A DNA stretch of 62,588 nucleotides, filler included, from Sphacelaria rigidula (GCA_964200075.2; 8 parts of 8 records of this genome joined end to end with filler, not necessarily neighbours in it), one strand, 5' to 3'; numbered from the whole stretch's first letter, positions 49,436 to 62,588 are shown. Notes: a model not told the origin generated them from the sequence alone. Made by a program: numbers and translations.

Positions 49436-51414
49436 TTACACTTGGAGGCTCAGACGGTCTACATAGACGGTGCTGCGACGGGACTCCATCTTGCCCATTT
49501 CGGGGTTCCGTTGGTTTTTCATCGCGATTGTTGCTGACTTGCACGTCTGCCATAGGAGCTGCATCACATTGAGCAGCAGAAGTGGCAGTAGTCCCGGCAT
49601 CTCCGTCCTATGCGTGTCCGGGTATTGCCGGAACGGGGAGGGTATATCGAGAATTAAAGACATGAATCTTCGAAGGGTGTACGAAAGTTCGACGGGGGAT
49701 ACAGTATCTCCTCCGTGATTGTAAACCTATGGACGCACGAAGCAGCCCATTCTTCTGTGTTTGAGAGCACATACCGCTCCATTTAGTAAACGGAAAACAA
49801 CATCCAACTCTAACGATTCACCGCCTTCGACATTGCGGGATTGTCAGATATAAACGTCCGCACACAACCAAAACAAAATGACATGAAATGTCTGTCTATC
49901 ACGGAAAGAGCACCATCTTCAACACCGAAGGACTGTAAGATCTAAAAACATCACCTACATTCACGACCTCCGGAGAGAAAGGCGTGCTACATCACGTACG
50001 TGTACAACAAGTTTGGTCAAATACGAAAAAAACAACCTTCAGTTGAAGATTACTGTGTCGAGCATGAAGTGAATTTCCGAACCGAAACAAATATTATCCG
50101 GAATCGGGGAATATCCCCCTTCAAACACAACAACATTGTGATACATTTTGAAACAGTACTTCAGCTTTCAAACGAAAAGAAAAGACAATAGACGAGACAA
50201 CAGCTCAGTACTCAATTAGCACAAACTCTCAAAAACTCCCAAACCTCACCTCATCCATCGGACCAGCCAAGACGGACAACCCTCGCAGAGCTTTGGCCAG
50301 AAACCCTCCAAGGCTTGCATCATCGCTACCACCATTATCACATCCCTTGACTCCAGCCTTTGCATCCGTAAAATTACTACCGGTATCGCTACATACCGGC
50401 AGCCCCACTTCCATGTCTGACGATCGCATGTGGTCTCCCCCGCTTGCCGAGGCAATCGCGCGGGACTTTGTTTCGGCAGCGGCGGGGGCGATGGCGGTGG
50501 CGGCGACAAATCGAGGTGTTCCTTCGCCAAAGGTTTGTGCCACGCTTTCGTCTGCTAGAAGGTCGCGCTGATTGTATTTTATGCCGATTAGGGTAGGGGC
50601 GGGGGGCATGGGGGTGCAAACGACGCGAGCGAGCAGAGGATGTACTCTTAGTCTTGCACGCCGTAGCCATGGGACCATTGATCTCGCATCCCTACAAGGC
50701 CGGGACGGAGCACGCCGGGTTTTCGCCGGACCGGGTTCGCAATCAATCAACAAGCGCGAAGCGCCGTGAGGTGTTCAGCGAGTCGCATAGAGGATGAGTT
50801 GCATCCTGCTGAGACTGTTCGGCCCGAGGCGTACTGATTATCCTCTTGCACTCGGATGACAGCCTAGAATGAGTTGTTGCATTTTCTGGTATCGCCACTT
50901 CCAGAGACAGCCGCGGCCTACGCACTTTCTCATAAGTGCCTCACCATCACCATTGACCGGGCAGAGGGGGGAAGGGAAAGCCATACTCGACGAAGGCATC
51001 TGGCGTGTTTCATAAATATCGCATTATTCAGGCGTCGATATACGGCATCGTACACCCTTACCGCCGAGCTCACATTGATAATATGGTGGACGCTGTACTC
51101 TAGTCCATCCACCCGTATCGCGGGGTTGCAAAAACCAGAGGTGTCGCCCTCTTGAGTGAAACGAAACACACACTCCCGAAATACACACAATTGTTCTCAA
51201 CCACGATGTGTAATAAATACTTCGTACTGTCATGCCAACTTGGCGCGATTGCCAAAAAATACGACAATGAAAAGATCTCACGCACCGTCAAGACAAAATA
51301 CCGCGTCGGCCTCGTGAGGTCTCCCGCAGACTCCCCGTCCAGCTCCCCCCACACCCCTCCCCCAGTCTCGCTGTAGCCACGCTTGGATGCCCACTCCAGC
51401 ACGTCCTCTCGCCA
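49436..51414 (-). CDS. 3' part of a gene of unknown function (four exons, ~314 aa visible)
   Basis: GT-AG exons 51414-51286, 51150-50945, 50567-50250 and 49726-49436 join in phase (1,0,0) without stops: ..CGRPHEADAVFCLDEGDTSGFCNPAIRVDG..RRLNNAIFMKHARCLRRVW..VELSYTLRRFMSLILD..LSLQV*. No family recognised. Confidence 0.65.
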
Positions 51415-51519
51415 CTGAGGCACGCGCAGCCGTACAAAACTGGAGGAGTGTCGCAGAAAAAGGCGGTGAATGAAAGCAACGTCCGACCAATGCCAGGAAA
51501 ACGTGGGTGCCACGGAGAA

Positions 51520-52090
51520 GTTATGTCAGTTCCGCGACAAAAGCGTATCTTATGGATTGAGACAGCTGAGTGCATGCTCTGGTCATTTTTCGGCATCCGC
51601 AGCCGCACGACACTGCAAATATAAACTTGAAAAGCAAGCAAGCATAGGACGCGGTAGAGACCAGCCGCAGCTTTGTCGGTGTTCTTCGTGTACGTCCTGA
51701 ACATGGCGGATACAGCTGAACCATTGCAGGAGCTTCAAGCCAATGGAACCGACAACAAGAAAAGGCATCGTACAGGTTGTTTGGGTTCGACCACTTTTTG
51801 AGGCTAGTGGCGGACGTCCAGCGCACTTCTCAGTTGTTTCAAGGTAGACATCCTCTCCGTGTAGCTACGCAATACTCGCCCATGTGTTGGTAAATGATCA
51901 AGTGGAATCTGTGGGTGGTAAGACACGTGGCCCAGAACAGTTCAGCCACAAAGCGAACAAATCGTATTTGAACATGAAGATCAAAACCGCAATACGACTT
52001 TTGCATCATTTTGCGGTCGAACATATAGCTTCTTGAAAGCACACACGCCACAGAATACCCGCGGTCATCTACACACGTCCAGAATGGCAA
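51520..52090 (-). mobile_element. Decayed hAT-like transposase fragment
   Basis: LFWATCLTTHRFHLII resembles the hAT FWxPCxAHxLxL motif. It is followed by VRWTS (hAT TRW.S) and WLEAPAMVQLY..MFRTYTK. Confidence 0.5.
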
Positions 52091-52779
52091 ACGCTGGCGA
52101 ACGTTGGAACTTGAACAGTGTGAAAAAGTGATTAATTTTCACTCATCGAAAACGCCCTAGGGCCTTAAAAATCCACACCATTAGAAGGTTTAACAGCGTG
52201 AAACGTCTTGCTACTGACGTGATACAGCATGTACATGTAAAATAATACGTTCGCATGACATCGAAAATTACATCAATATGAAAACGCGTTCCAACCGATC
52301 ATCATTGGGCAAACATACAAACATTTTCCGGAGCATCAAAATATACTGAAAAAAGGTCAACGTAAAAATATGCTCTTGCAGGTGATAATTAAGTAAACGT
52401 AGGAACATTTTCTGGAATAAGAAATCAACATTTCAACATCACACCCACCGGCATCGAAAATTGAGCAATACTCCCTCTGCCCTCCGAAGCAGGTGCGACC
52501 CGAAACCCATACCCTGCTTCGACGGTTGTACCGCTAACACCTGCACACTGCCCTACGATAGTGGAAGAAAGGACGGGCGGGGGGCAGGAAGACAGACCTC
52601 AGGGTGTTAGATGACGCCTGCGCCATGAGGGTACACTCCGGCTATGAATATCAACCTCACGCGATATCATCTCCCTCCACCCCCGACCGTCACACGACCG
52701 CGGATGGTTGTGTTGGGGGAAATCAGACCCGACGATCTAGGTGACGACATAACCACAGGCCTAGAGGAGAGTGTCACAC

Positions 52780-53161
52780 CCTACACGTTAATCTGGAGTT
52801 GGTACGGGCGGACGATGGAAGCCTAAGACTAGCCTACGGGCTGTGTCGATAGCGATGGGCCACAAGCTCAAGCCCCATAGCTGCGGAGTTCTACCAAGTC
52901 ATGGCCTCCAGGCTCAAACCCGCGGCTCCGGAGCTTTAACCAGAGTTGGAACACTGTCACGCAAAACAGGTCCTACACGTTAATCTGGAGTTAGTACGGG
53001 CGAACGATGGAAGCCTAAGACTAGCCTACGGGCTGTGTCGATAGCGATGGGCCACAAGCTCAAGCCCCATAGTTGCGGACTTCTACCAAGTCATAGCCTC
53101 CAGGCTCAAACCCGCGGCTCCGGAGCTTTAATCAGAGTTGGAATACTGTCACGCGAAACAG
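52780..53161 (+). repeat. Two tandem ~192-bp monomers within an RTE-LINE-related 5' region (~52780-53290)
   Basis: Near-identical units start CCTACACGTTAATCTGGAGTT at 52780 and 52972. The unit plus downstream GGACTGGA..GACGCGGGT.GGGACGGCTGCACCCT is homologous to the reverse complement of ~60200-60455. Confidence 0.85.
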
Positions 53162-54959
53162 ATCGATAGAGATGAGACACGAGTTACCACCAGATTCAGC
53201 GGACTGGAGACAGCGATCGACGCGGGTTGGGACGGCTGCACCCTCCCCGTGACACCAAAACACCAGGCATGCGTCCAGAACGACGAAGGATGGATCGGAA
53301 GAGTAGAACAAATGCGTGAACGGTAGATTACGGGGCGAAAACGACCAAAGCGGAGGGCAGAATGGAGAGAAAGATCTGTGGCTGAAGCTAGGTTCCGCAG
53401 CAGGGAGCTTGCAATACCCATCTAAAACGTGCGTGTTACATATAATCCCTCAAGGGACAGAAAGAGGCTGGCCATGTTCTACAGGTTTTTCAAGTCCAAA
53501 ATGACAGAGGTTGTGGCGCTATCGTATTTGAGGAGACGCGTCCACTGGGTAACGCCGAGATCGTTGCCGCGGGATTCTACCTCTTCTGTGAGGCGGAAGG
53601 GGAAAGGACAAAGGGGAAATACCGACGAATAAGAGTCGGGTTGCCGGTCACAAGTCAACCATTCGCTAGGCTACATGGACACAGGCAATCATCAGCGAGC
53701 ACCTCGGGTCGATGATGTCCAACCTGGTAGGCAAGTCAGACGCTCCCATGTTTGTACTTGCCCCTGCTTCTACAGACAACACCCCCAAGTCAAGACAAGA
53801 GAAAAACATGCTGTGGATTGAGTTGGTCGACACCATGAGCAGAGTTCCCAGGAAAGAGCAGCTGCTTCTTCTGAAAACGCTAACGCTAGGAGTGGGTACA
53901 GGGAGAGGAGGAGGATCGTCAAGCATCAGCGGCATGGGGGAAGGGACTCCGGGGTCGGCGGTGGCAATATGATCAGATCACTGAGACGCCCAGGCGACAG
54001 CAGATGTGTCCTGGCCAATGCCTTGTTCGTTACGTTCAAAGGAGGTATGTGGCGTACACTCAACAGCACTGTTCAGTATACCACGGACAAAAGAGGTCTT
54101 GACTACATCATAACAACGCCGCCCTGATCAAGAGCTCACCATCCACCTGCGACCGCCAAAGTCGCAAGACTCAGACGACAAATTCATGTACGTGCGCCGC
54201 AGTTCGACTCTTTGGCATATTCCCAGGCAGTAGACATTGGTGAGCTCCCATGGGCCCTGAGCGCCCTGGGTAGGAGAGCAATAACTTTTGATACTGGCAG
54301 AAGTAGAGCAGCTCGCACGGCTCATAGTCAGCGAGCTCGTGTGGGGAAAACCGGAAGATACTGTCGGTGAATTGGGCCCAAACCGTGCCGATACACGCCT
54401 GAGAGTCGCGAGGAAGGTGACGCCGTCTCCTACCCGACAATCCCGTGAGGGCGGTTCGAGGACGATGCGGTCCGAGCTGAGTTCGAACAGGCCGGAAATG
54501 GTAGGAAGAGGGCGAGGACAACGATGACTGCAGGGTCTAAACATGTCCTCGCCTGGCGCACCTTCCGTGAAGGACGCTCAAGGACGTAATCTAAGCTGGT
54601 TTCGACAGGTGTTCAGACGTGTGTGTGTGCGGGTGAACTGAAGGAGTGCAGCGGAATTGAGGATATGATGAACTGGGTGTACTCATGATCATGCATGCCA
54701 TAGTCTGAAGACCATTGACCTCGTATCCCTACCATGCCGGGACGGAGCACGCCNNNNNNNNNNNNNNNNNNNNNNNNNNNNNNNNNNNNNNNNNNNNTTA
54801 ATTAATTAANNNNNNNNNNNNNNNNNNNNNNNNNNNNNNNNNNNNNNNNNNNNCCCGGCATTGTAGGGATGCGAGGTCAATGGTCTTCATGACTATGGCA
54901 TGCATGATCATGAGTACATCTAAGCGGCTGGTGGTGGCAGCTCACGCAGCAGGCGGCGT

Positions 54960-55400
54960 GACAGCCCTCTACCTTGCGACGGTTGCTAGCATCTACCCAT
55001 GGCGCACGCCGGGGTTTATGTTTGCCACCCACTGGCCGTACACTTTATAGAAAGAGGCAAACAAAGGGGCAGGTCCCTTGGTATGCGTATATGCACATCG
55101 ATGATGCATACTTAGCCAGGTCATTTCGATCTGTGTGGCCAGCACATGACAGCAACAGCAGGCACCGTAGCGACATACACGGCGCTTGCTGTGGATATGT
55201 AAACCCAACATACGTCGTCGCTGACGCACAAGCATCCTACCGGAAGCCGAACAATGAGGTGGTGCGCGAACACTTCGTTGTTCGCGACATGTTCTACCGA
55301 CAGGTGGCGGAACTGTACTCTACTGTACTGTGCAACTACAGGGCTGTACTTACGTACGAAATATTTTCTTGGTGTCCCCGAACATGCAATATTCATCAAA
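54960..55400 (+). mobile_element. Possible MULE transposase fragment
   Basis: PTYVVADAQASY..VRDMFYRQV weakly resembles the MULE P..IMADA..MC.FH block. Confidence 0.3.
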
Positions 55401-56799
55401 GTCTCGCTATAAGTTATTGTGTACTGTGCTGTGTGCGTCCGTCTCCACTGTTGTGTGCTTATCGAGTATGTTTATTGCTTCGGTATTTATCTCCTTTTGC
55501 TATTTTTAGTGCTCAAAACATGTTGCGTGGATTACTTCATTCATTCATACCAATCCGGCAATTTTCGTCGGCGTTGCGAACCACAAGCTGCAATTTCGTC
55601 TTTGCAGTTCGTCGTAGCAAGAAACGGCACCAATTCTTGAAGGACACGTTCAAAATCAAAACGCTCCCGATTTTACACGGAACGTGAAAAACCGCATCCT
55701 ATGGAATAAATCCGCGACGGTTTTGAACACAAGTGATCCCGTCAGCGGGCGGGTGTCTGATCAAAAGGGGCAACACATTTTGAAACCCCGACCAAGATGA
55801 AGTACATATTCAAAATCGGGTGAACCACTATAGAGTGGGATATGCCACGGATTACTTCACTGCGCGGCACAAACACCCTGATGCCCTCTCTCATGTGCTG
55901 CAGCTGTGACTGTACTGTGGTGGGTTCAAACCGTGCGAAGACGGTTTGGTCTCCGCTGGGATTACCCGAGCTTCTGTACTGTTCTTGTCTTTCGTTCTGT
56001 ACAAAATAATTGTAGTCGGCACACAGTGCTGTCTTGTCAAAGTTGGAGATGTCACAGTGTAATTGTCGGACGTAGTGTCTTTCGCAGCGAACGAGGCGAT
56101 TTGTGCTCAGACCTCTAATTCCTGTGCTGTAGCTGATATTGTGGTGTGGTGCGCTTGAACCCCGCGGAGACCGTTCGACCTGCGTTGGGGATTGTCCTAA
56201 CTGCTGGACTGTTATTGTCTCCAGGTCGGTATGAAAATCCTAGTCTTCACGTAGTCCTCTCCATTGTTGACTGATCGGTTGGTTGGCTGTCGCACTTCAA
56301 CTGACCCCCCCGAGGATCCAACCGAGGTCGCATGATACATCTTCAGATACTGTGGAAAGCGTTATGGTGAGGTAGTTGTTCAATCTTCTGCAAAACAGGG
56401 CACCTCGTGCACACATCCATCAAGAAGTCTATCCTGTGGAGATCCCCGTACCCAGGTGCGTTTGAAATCTGTAAGAACCCTCTTATCTACGGTGGGCATT
56501 GCCTGAGCTGGTGCGCTGGTGTTAGGTTCCGGTCTCTACAGAATTGGGGTGGGGGGTGTCTATAAATACAAACTTGAAAAGACACATGATGCCTGCGCAA
56601 CATGTACAGGAGCACAGCCAGGAATATCACAAGGCCACAAGCCGAGTACATGCCAACAACCTATAGGAAAAGACACGGGTAGATCAATATCCGTGTAAGC
56701 CCAGCTTCCTGCACTCATCCCTAGTAGGGTACAAAGCGAGCCACAATCTCGGCCATTTCCATCCTGGACTTCCTGCCAGCTGTTGTTGTTAATGTGTCA

Positions 56800-59700
56800 G
56801 CAGTGATGGCTTGCCGATTGGCGACTCCCGATGCAGCAGTCTCTCGATTGTAGCGGAGGTCCGATTCGCACTTGCCTTCGTATCGCTGCGTCTCCTCAAA
56901 CTCTTCCGCCCCTTCTCTTGATGTCACGATGCCACTCACACATCTTTTTCGCCGCAGTGACCCAATCATGTGCGTCTTCGACACTGACATTGTAGACGGA
57001 CCATTTCCGTCGTGTTCCGTTTCATGGACGAGCCTCTAGTGTACGCAGGTCCCCCTGGAGAATGGTCCCCAAGAGTTTGGGGCGAGGCCAGCCTACTTGA
57101 GACCTCGTGCGGCTAATCGTTCAAACATGATGCGCTATGGGAGACGTGTTTCACCCTGCCGGACAAGGGGCCCAGCGAGCCAGAGCTAACGCTTGCGGAT
57201 AGTGTGTCTCGATACGTTCGCAGTTGGTTATCTCGAGCACATCTCTACGAAAGCGTTTTGTAGTCCATTCGCTCTTTCATGTGTGAGCCAACAACTGGTA
57301 GAAACCGTTTGCGGTGGTGAGTACTGCGCAGACCCTCCAAGTCCTCGGGACACAGCGTCCATGTAGCACATCCATATAGGATAGCTCCCGCTTTAAGCAG
57401 CCGGAGTTTCAGAGGTACCTGGGCGTTGGTTTGATCATGGAATTGGGAACTATACGTTCGCAGGTGTACCCAGGAAGCGCTGGCGCGGCGTTGAATTCCG
57501 ATGGAAATATAGTATATGCACGGACAGCATCGCCGAAGGAAGACAACCTTGGTCGTCTGCATATACAGTCGGCCTGCTTCCTTGAGGTACAACCTAGTCT
57601 CTGCGGAGTTGGGTACTGACCACGGACGCATGGACCCTGTCTTGCTCTCCGATGCCGTCGACTCGAACTCCTAAAATGCCAATACTTACACGACCATCAT
57701 TCCGGCGAGCTCGTCAGGGGATCTCGAGACGATGCCGGTGTTTTCTGCATTTAGCATCCCCTGCATCGCCCACCACACCTTGTCCAGCGGCGTCCCGTTC
57801 AGGAGATGGCTATCCCCACCTGTTGGCGCATCATATGATATACCAAGTCTGAGACGATGGCTGGGTCTGTCATAAACCGTTGTGAGATCACCTTGGCCAA
57901 GGTTGCGCCGATGATGTTGAACGGTAGCGGGGACGAAATACATCCTTGTGTGAGTCCCTGGCAGACGTGGAGCGACGATGACGGTTCATAATTATCCCTG
58001 TACCCGAGCTCGCATGGACCGTGAAACACACGGATGATCTTGATAATCCGTGGCGGGACGCCAAACTGGGCAGGCACTTCCCACAGGAGCGTGTGGTCTA
58101 CGGAGTCGTGGGTCTTTCGCAGATTGATGAAGCACATGATATTGGGGGACAGTGCTCCACCATTCCAACGCTTGTGTTCGGCATACCACGAACATCATGT
58201 CGTTGGTCGATTGTTGGCGCCAATATCCGCACTGCCCCTCCGGGAACGTCCCTGCCTCCTCGCAAAAGCTACCGAACCTATTGACTACGATATCGAGGGG
58301 CACATTACGAACATGAGCCAGGGAAATGCCCCTGTGATTACCACGCTCGGTCCTATCCTTCTTGTGCAGCACTTTGATATTGGCGTCTCTCCACTCCTGT
58401 GTCATCTCGCCAGATGTTCGAACAGCAGCGTGATGGTGTGGAAGTGGTACATATGCTCCGAAGGCTCCCCGACCAACCCAACCTCGAGGAGTTCGGCAGG
58501 TACACCATCCGGGCCCACCGCTTGGCCATTCGCCATATCTGTCAGGGATTCCGCAATTTCACTTGGGTTTAGCGGATCTGCAAGTGACAACGCTCGCGGT
58601 CGTTGCAAGATGTTCTCGATGACGCAGTAGTTGATAGTTACCGAGATGGCATTCAGCAAGGTGGAGGAGTGCCGCTCTGATCATCTAACGAATTGGAACC
58701 TGTGTCCCCAGTAGTTTCCGTACTCGTCCTTATTTACCGCTGTCTCTCTACGTGTCGACCCGCCGAACTCCACCCTCCTTTCAGATGTCTGTGCCATCTC
58801 ATGTCCCCAATTCTAATGTATCGTTCCAGTTCCTCGCATACGCATCCAGGTACCTGTCCCCCCCACCTTGGACCATCTCTTCGAGATTCCTGTACGCTGC
58901 TCGTGATTTGCGCCATGCTGGGTTTCCCTTCGGTCCTATTCGCGCCTTCAACCGCGCTTTTCCCCGCTCATTTCAGGCCCGTTCGAACTCGGTTCGGGTG
59001 GCAGCATCCTCGATCGACCCCGGTATACTGTACGTATCCTCCGGGGCTGACAAGGTGCCACATTCTCAGCGGAGCTCAGGAGTATGTCGGCACAGCTCGA
59101 AGCCATTGCACTGACGGTATCGCCAGTTCTACCCTGCTTGAGCTCGCTCTTGATGAGCCAGGGGGATGCTCACGTCTATCGGTGCCAGACGCTATTGTTC
59201 GCCCATCGATCGGTTTGCGCCTAGTCGGGGTTCGCCGAGATATGTTGCACGCGAAGCGACCAATGAGCCGCACTGAGGCGCACACGATGTTGTGGTCGAG
59301 GTCCGGGATTGGCTGGTTGAAGGTAGACGATAATATTCCGAACAAACCTGCGGTAATACTGCAGAGTGAAAATGTGATCAACGCGTTTTTTGCCTGCGGG
59401 ATGATTCGCAAAATCGCTGAGCTTGTGCGACGTGCCTCCTTTGGGGGGCGGAGGAAATCGTGTCGACTAGGGTATGCCTGTTGTCTGTCCATGTCGTGGC
59501 AGAGAGGTGGCGTTGTTGCCGTTGACTGCGAAGTCCCTGCCGCATACCCTGGCTACCTTACTGTCCTCCTTCCTTGCTTTTGTTGCAGTCCTAGCGTTGG
59601 TGTCGGTGAAAATAATCAGGTGGCCATTGTCGGGAACTCGGTTCAGAGTGCTTCCCAACTCAGTCAAGAACATATACTTATCTTCTCTTGATGTCCATGT

Positions 59701-60480
59701 GTCTATGGAAGCATTGGCAACTACAAGCGTGATAACGTTCGATTCACCCGCCGGGTTGGAAGTCATGAGTCGTTCGCTGACGAAAGCCTGAGTCGAAGCA
59801 GCCTAGTTGATAGACTCCATGATTGCAAACTCGACCCCATGTTGTCGAACCCTTCCCTTGCCCTTCTTCTCCCCGCAGCAGAAGACACCGCATCCCCCGG
59901 CAGCCGAGTCAATCCGGCCAGGTCTCTTTGTTCCCTGCAGTCCGCTCACGTCATAACTGATTACTTGACACTTCTTCAAAACGACCTCAGCGTGGCCAGC
60001 TCCGTTCTTTCCCGTGAGGGACAGTATACGGACGCTGTGGGCCGCAACGTTGAGCTTCCCTATGCACGATATTGGGTAAGCCTCATCTGTATATGTACAT
60101 GATTTGTCCTTTGTTTTTCCCTCCTTCTGCGTCTGCTCGTCCATCTCATCTTACACGCGAGCTCTCTTTTTTATGTTCCGAGTTTTCCTTGGCTTGTCGG
60201 TCGTGGCACTTGCCTTGCGTTTTGGTCTCGCGGAAAGGGTGCAGCCGTCCCGACCCGCGTCTACCGCTAGTTCCAGTCCGCCGAATCTGGCACAAACTCC
60301 AGCATGTCGCATCTCCATCAACATGCTTTCCGTGACAGTGCCCCAACTCCGGATTAACTCTGCAGCGGTGGGGTTGAAGTTGGATCCCGGTACAAAGTAA
60401 ACTTCAACAGCTATAGGGGTGAGCCTGTACTTCAACGCTGTCGACATAGCCCACTGGCGAGAGTGTGTGATGCATCACCG
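56800..60480 (-). mobile_element. Degraded near-full-length non-LTR retrotransposon (RTE-type LINE; APE endonuclease + RT)
   Basis: APE: LNVAAHSVRILS..GLQGTKR, IIFTDTNAR, DLDHNIV. RT: AVGPDGVPAELL, WRDANIKVLHKK..NHRGISL, QCGY, FINLRKTHDSVD, GLTQGCISSPLPFN, with the YADD site decayed to LNAEN. Downstream ILYGCATW. Many frameshifts. Confidence 0.92.
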
Positions 60481-61747
60481 CTGACACCATAAAGATAGTA
60501 GATGTAGAAGTGTTACCGACAACTATCTTTTGGGCATTGCTCTACTACTGGTGTGTACGACCGCGTGCGGATACAGCAGGATGCAAAAATATCCGCAACA
60601 TGCGAAGTCTTCTCGATCCACCGCGCGAGTCGAAAGCCATAACCCAGCTGTTGAACCACCCCCCCCCCCCGACCCCGCCGCCGTCGCCGTCGCCGCGAAT
60701 GAAACAGAAACACGGAAACCCCTCAGTATGCACCTGAAATCTCTGGGTGGTGGAGGGGTCGTTCAATCACGTTTACTCGTGGACGAACAGGAAGAACCAT
60801 GGCTCTGCAACAAATTTTCCTCATTCTTAAACGCCCTCTAAGAAGTGGGACGGGGAGGGGAGGGAAGGGTGTACTCATGATCATGCATGCCATAGTCATC
60901 AGACCGGGGGGGGGAGGGGGGGGGAAGCACATGGGGTCCCTTGAGGTATTTAAATATAGATATGTACGATACCATGGTGGACTGTGCAACCAATTCCAAC
61001 CAATAAGATGGTCGCACGCCTCCGCTTCCGGTCTTTTACTCGAACACGCAATTTCCTGGGAAAACATGTAGCTAATACAGAGAGGTTTCTTAGACCAGCT
61101 GAGAGCCCCTCTCGCCCCCTCCTTCCTGGAAGCTCCTGGACTGTCAGTAGGCAAAAGAGTTCCGAGGCGAACTTCACACGGTCAAAGGGCTAAAGTTTTC
61201 ACCTCTACTCGTTCCAGGAAAGGTCCAACCTTGCGCAACAGCTGGCCGAACAGCCCATATCGTAGAAACCGCGGTGGCTAGTGGGCGGTGTAACTGCTCA
61301 TTAGTCACGGTTGTTGATTGGGCGACCTCAGGTACCCATCGCTAACCATGCAAAACACCAAGCATCCGATGCTGGCCAATGATGACACTCGTGCGAGTTG
61401 GTCCGCGAAAAATCCCAAACTTTTGTCGGCCAACGTTTCTCAACGCAGATCCAGACAAAGCACGTACATGCTCCTTAGTGTGAAGGGAATAAACTGACGT
61501 GGCTCTTTCTCGGTGCCTGCCCGAGTAGGGGCGCTAGGAGCGTGCGAAACGGAGGGTCCCGAAAAGTGCAGAATTGGTGTGAACGAAATATGCGGAAAGT
61601 CATTTGCGCCGCTATTTTAGGGGCACTGTTCTCGCAGATGCGCCGCATAACCGTACACTCGGTGCGCACCGGGGATCATCTTGTGCACCGAGCACAAAGC
61701 TGCGGAAAGGGCGCAGAGCGGTTCGTAGCCCATAGAATTTTTGGGGA

Positions 61748-61779
<32 letters not shown>

Positions 61780-62133
61780 TACGAGGTGAGGGGAGTTGGG
61801 TCATATGAATACCGCTCATAGTCGAAGGAATGCGAATTCGGAACATTTTCCCGCTCGCTCCCGTGCCCAGCCGGTTTGTTAGAGACAGGAGACAAATGTT
61901 GAGACGAAGGTTACGAAGTGAAGCAAGCTCGAGGTCGCTCGGTTTCGCCTGTTTCCTGGGGCCGCCGACTACTCTATGCCGCCACATTCCCCGAAACATT
62001 GTGACGTTTTCTCCCTTTCTCCAACCGTGTCGAACATGAAGGAACCATTTTGCGTAAACGTGTTCTCAAATGAAGCTCAAGACTACCGATGACCGGAAAT
62101 TTTTCACAGGCACCGTAGGTAAGGCCGGATGTT

Positions 62134-62588
62134 ATGGCAAACAGATTTTTGGCCCACGGATTGTTCACTTTTGGGACGTTTGACCCCCCTTTTGATCCCC
62201 AAACAGGTAAAACCGCCAACACACGTCTTGGACACACTCTGCATCACCCCACAGAGACGAGCCTAGTCTGCTTTTCAGATTCGCTTGTCTCCGAGGTTTC
62301 GAGATTGGCCGCTGCACAAAACTTCGTGCGCAAAAATCTGTGCTTGCCGATCCATAGATTATTGGGCAAACTGGCGGGGGTCGGCAAGCACAGATTTTTT
62401 CCCACGAATTTTCGATCAGCGTCCAATCTCGAAACCTCGGAGCCAAGCGAATCTGAAAAGCAGACCTCTCTGTGGGGTGATGCAAAGTGTCCGAGACGTG
62501 TGTTGGCGGTTTTCCCTGTTTGGGGATCAAAATGTGGGTCAAACGTCCCAAAAGTGAACAATCCGTGGGCCAAAAATCTGTTTGCCAT
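62134..62588. repeat. Long foldback inverted repeat (arms ~215 bp, loop ~25 nt) reaching the contig end
   Basis: ATGGCAAACAGATTTTTGGCCCACGGATTGTTCACTTTTGGGACGTTTGACCC.. is mirrored by ..GGGTCAAACGTCCCAAAAGTGAACAATCCGTGGGCCAAAAATCTGTTTGCCAT. Confidence 0.95.

Noticed and set aside
54679-54918. Inverted repeat pair flanking a gap, resembling the TIRs of one element
   Set aside because: The copies lie on different size-sorted contigs. Contigs simply break in this high-copy repeat.
58693-59691. Long plus-strand ORFs (332 aa here, 292 aa at 32890-33768) and the 253-aa minus ORF at 43877-44638
   Set aside because: These are antisense shadows of the LINE, the transposon relic and a GC-rich exon, with no recognisable domains.

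Overview
This is eukaryotic nuclear DNA, about 50% GC, with GT-AG introns of 0.15-4 kb and many degraded repeats. The gene style and repeat types suggest a brown alga or other stramenopile, which is inference only. The window is not one locus. It is eight contigs of 7737, 7737, 7736, 7736, 7736, 7736, 7735 and 7735 bp, joined in size order by 100-nt N/TTAATTAATTAA linkers, so adjacency across gaps is meaningless. Contig 1: decayed Ty3/Gypsy element. Contig 2: six internal exons of a carbamoyl-phosphate synthetase. Contig 3: complete two-exon NF-YB gene. Contig 4: apparently complete, intact four-exon class I hyaluronan-synthase-like GT2 gene, which is the standout. Repeat families shared with the other contigs anchor it to the host genome. 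Contig 5: three alanyl-tRNA synthetase exons and a MULE/SWIM/Ulp1-like relic. Contig 6: four exons of a low-complexity C2H2+PHD protein gene. Contig 7: four 3' exons of an unknown gene, piggyBac-like and hAT-like relics, and an RTE 5' region with tandem monomers. Contig 8: degraded RTE-type LINE and a long foldback. Family assignments come from remembered motifs; no searches were run.
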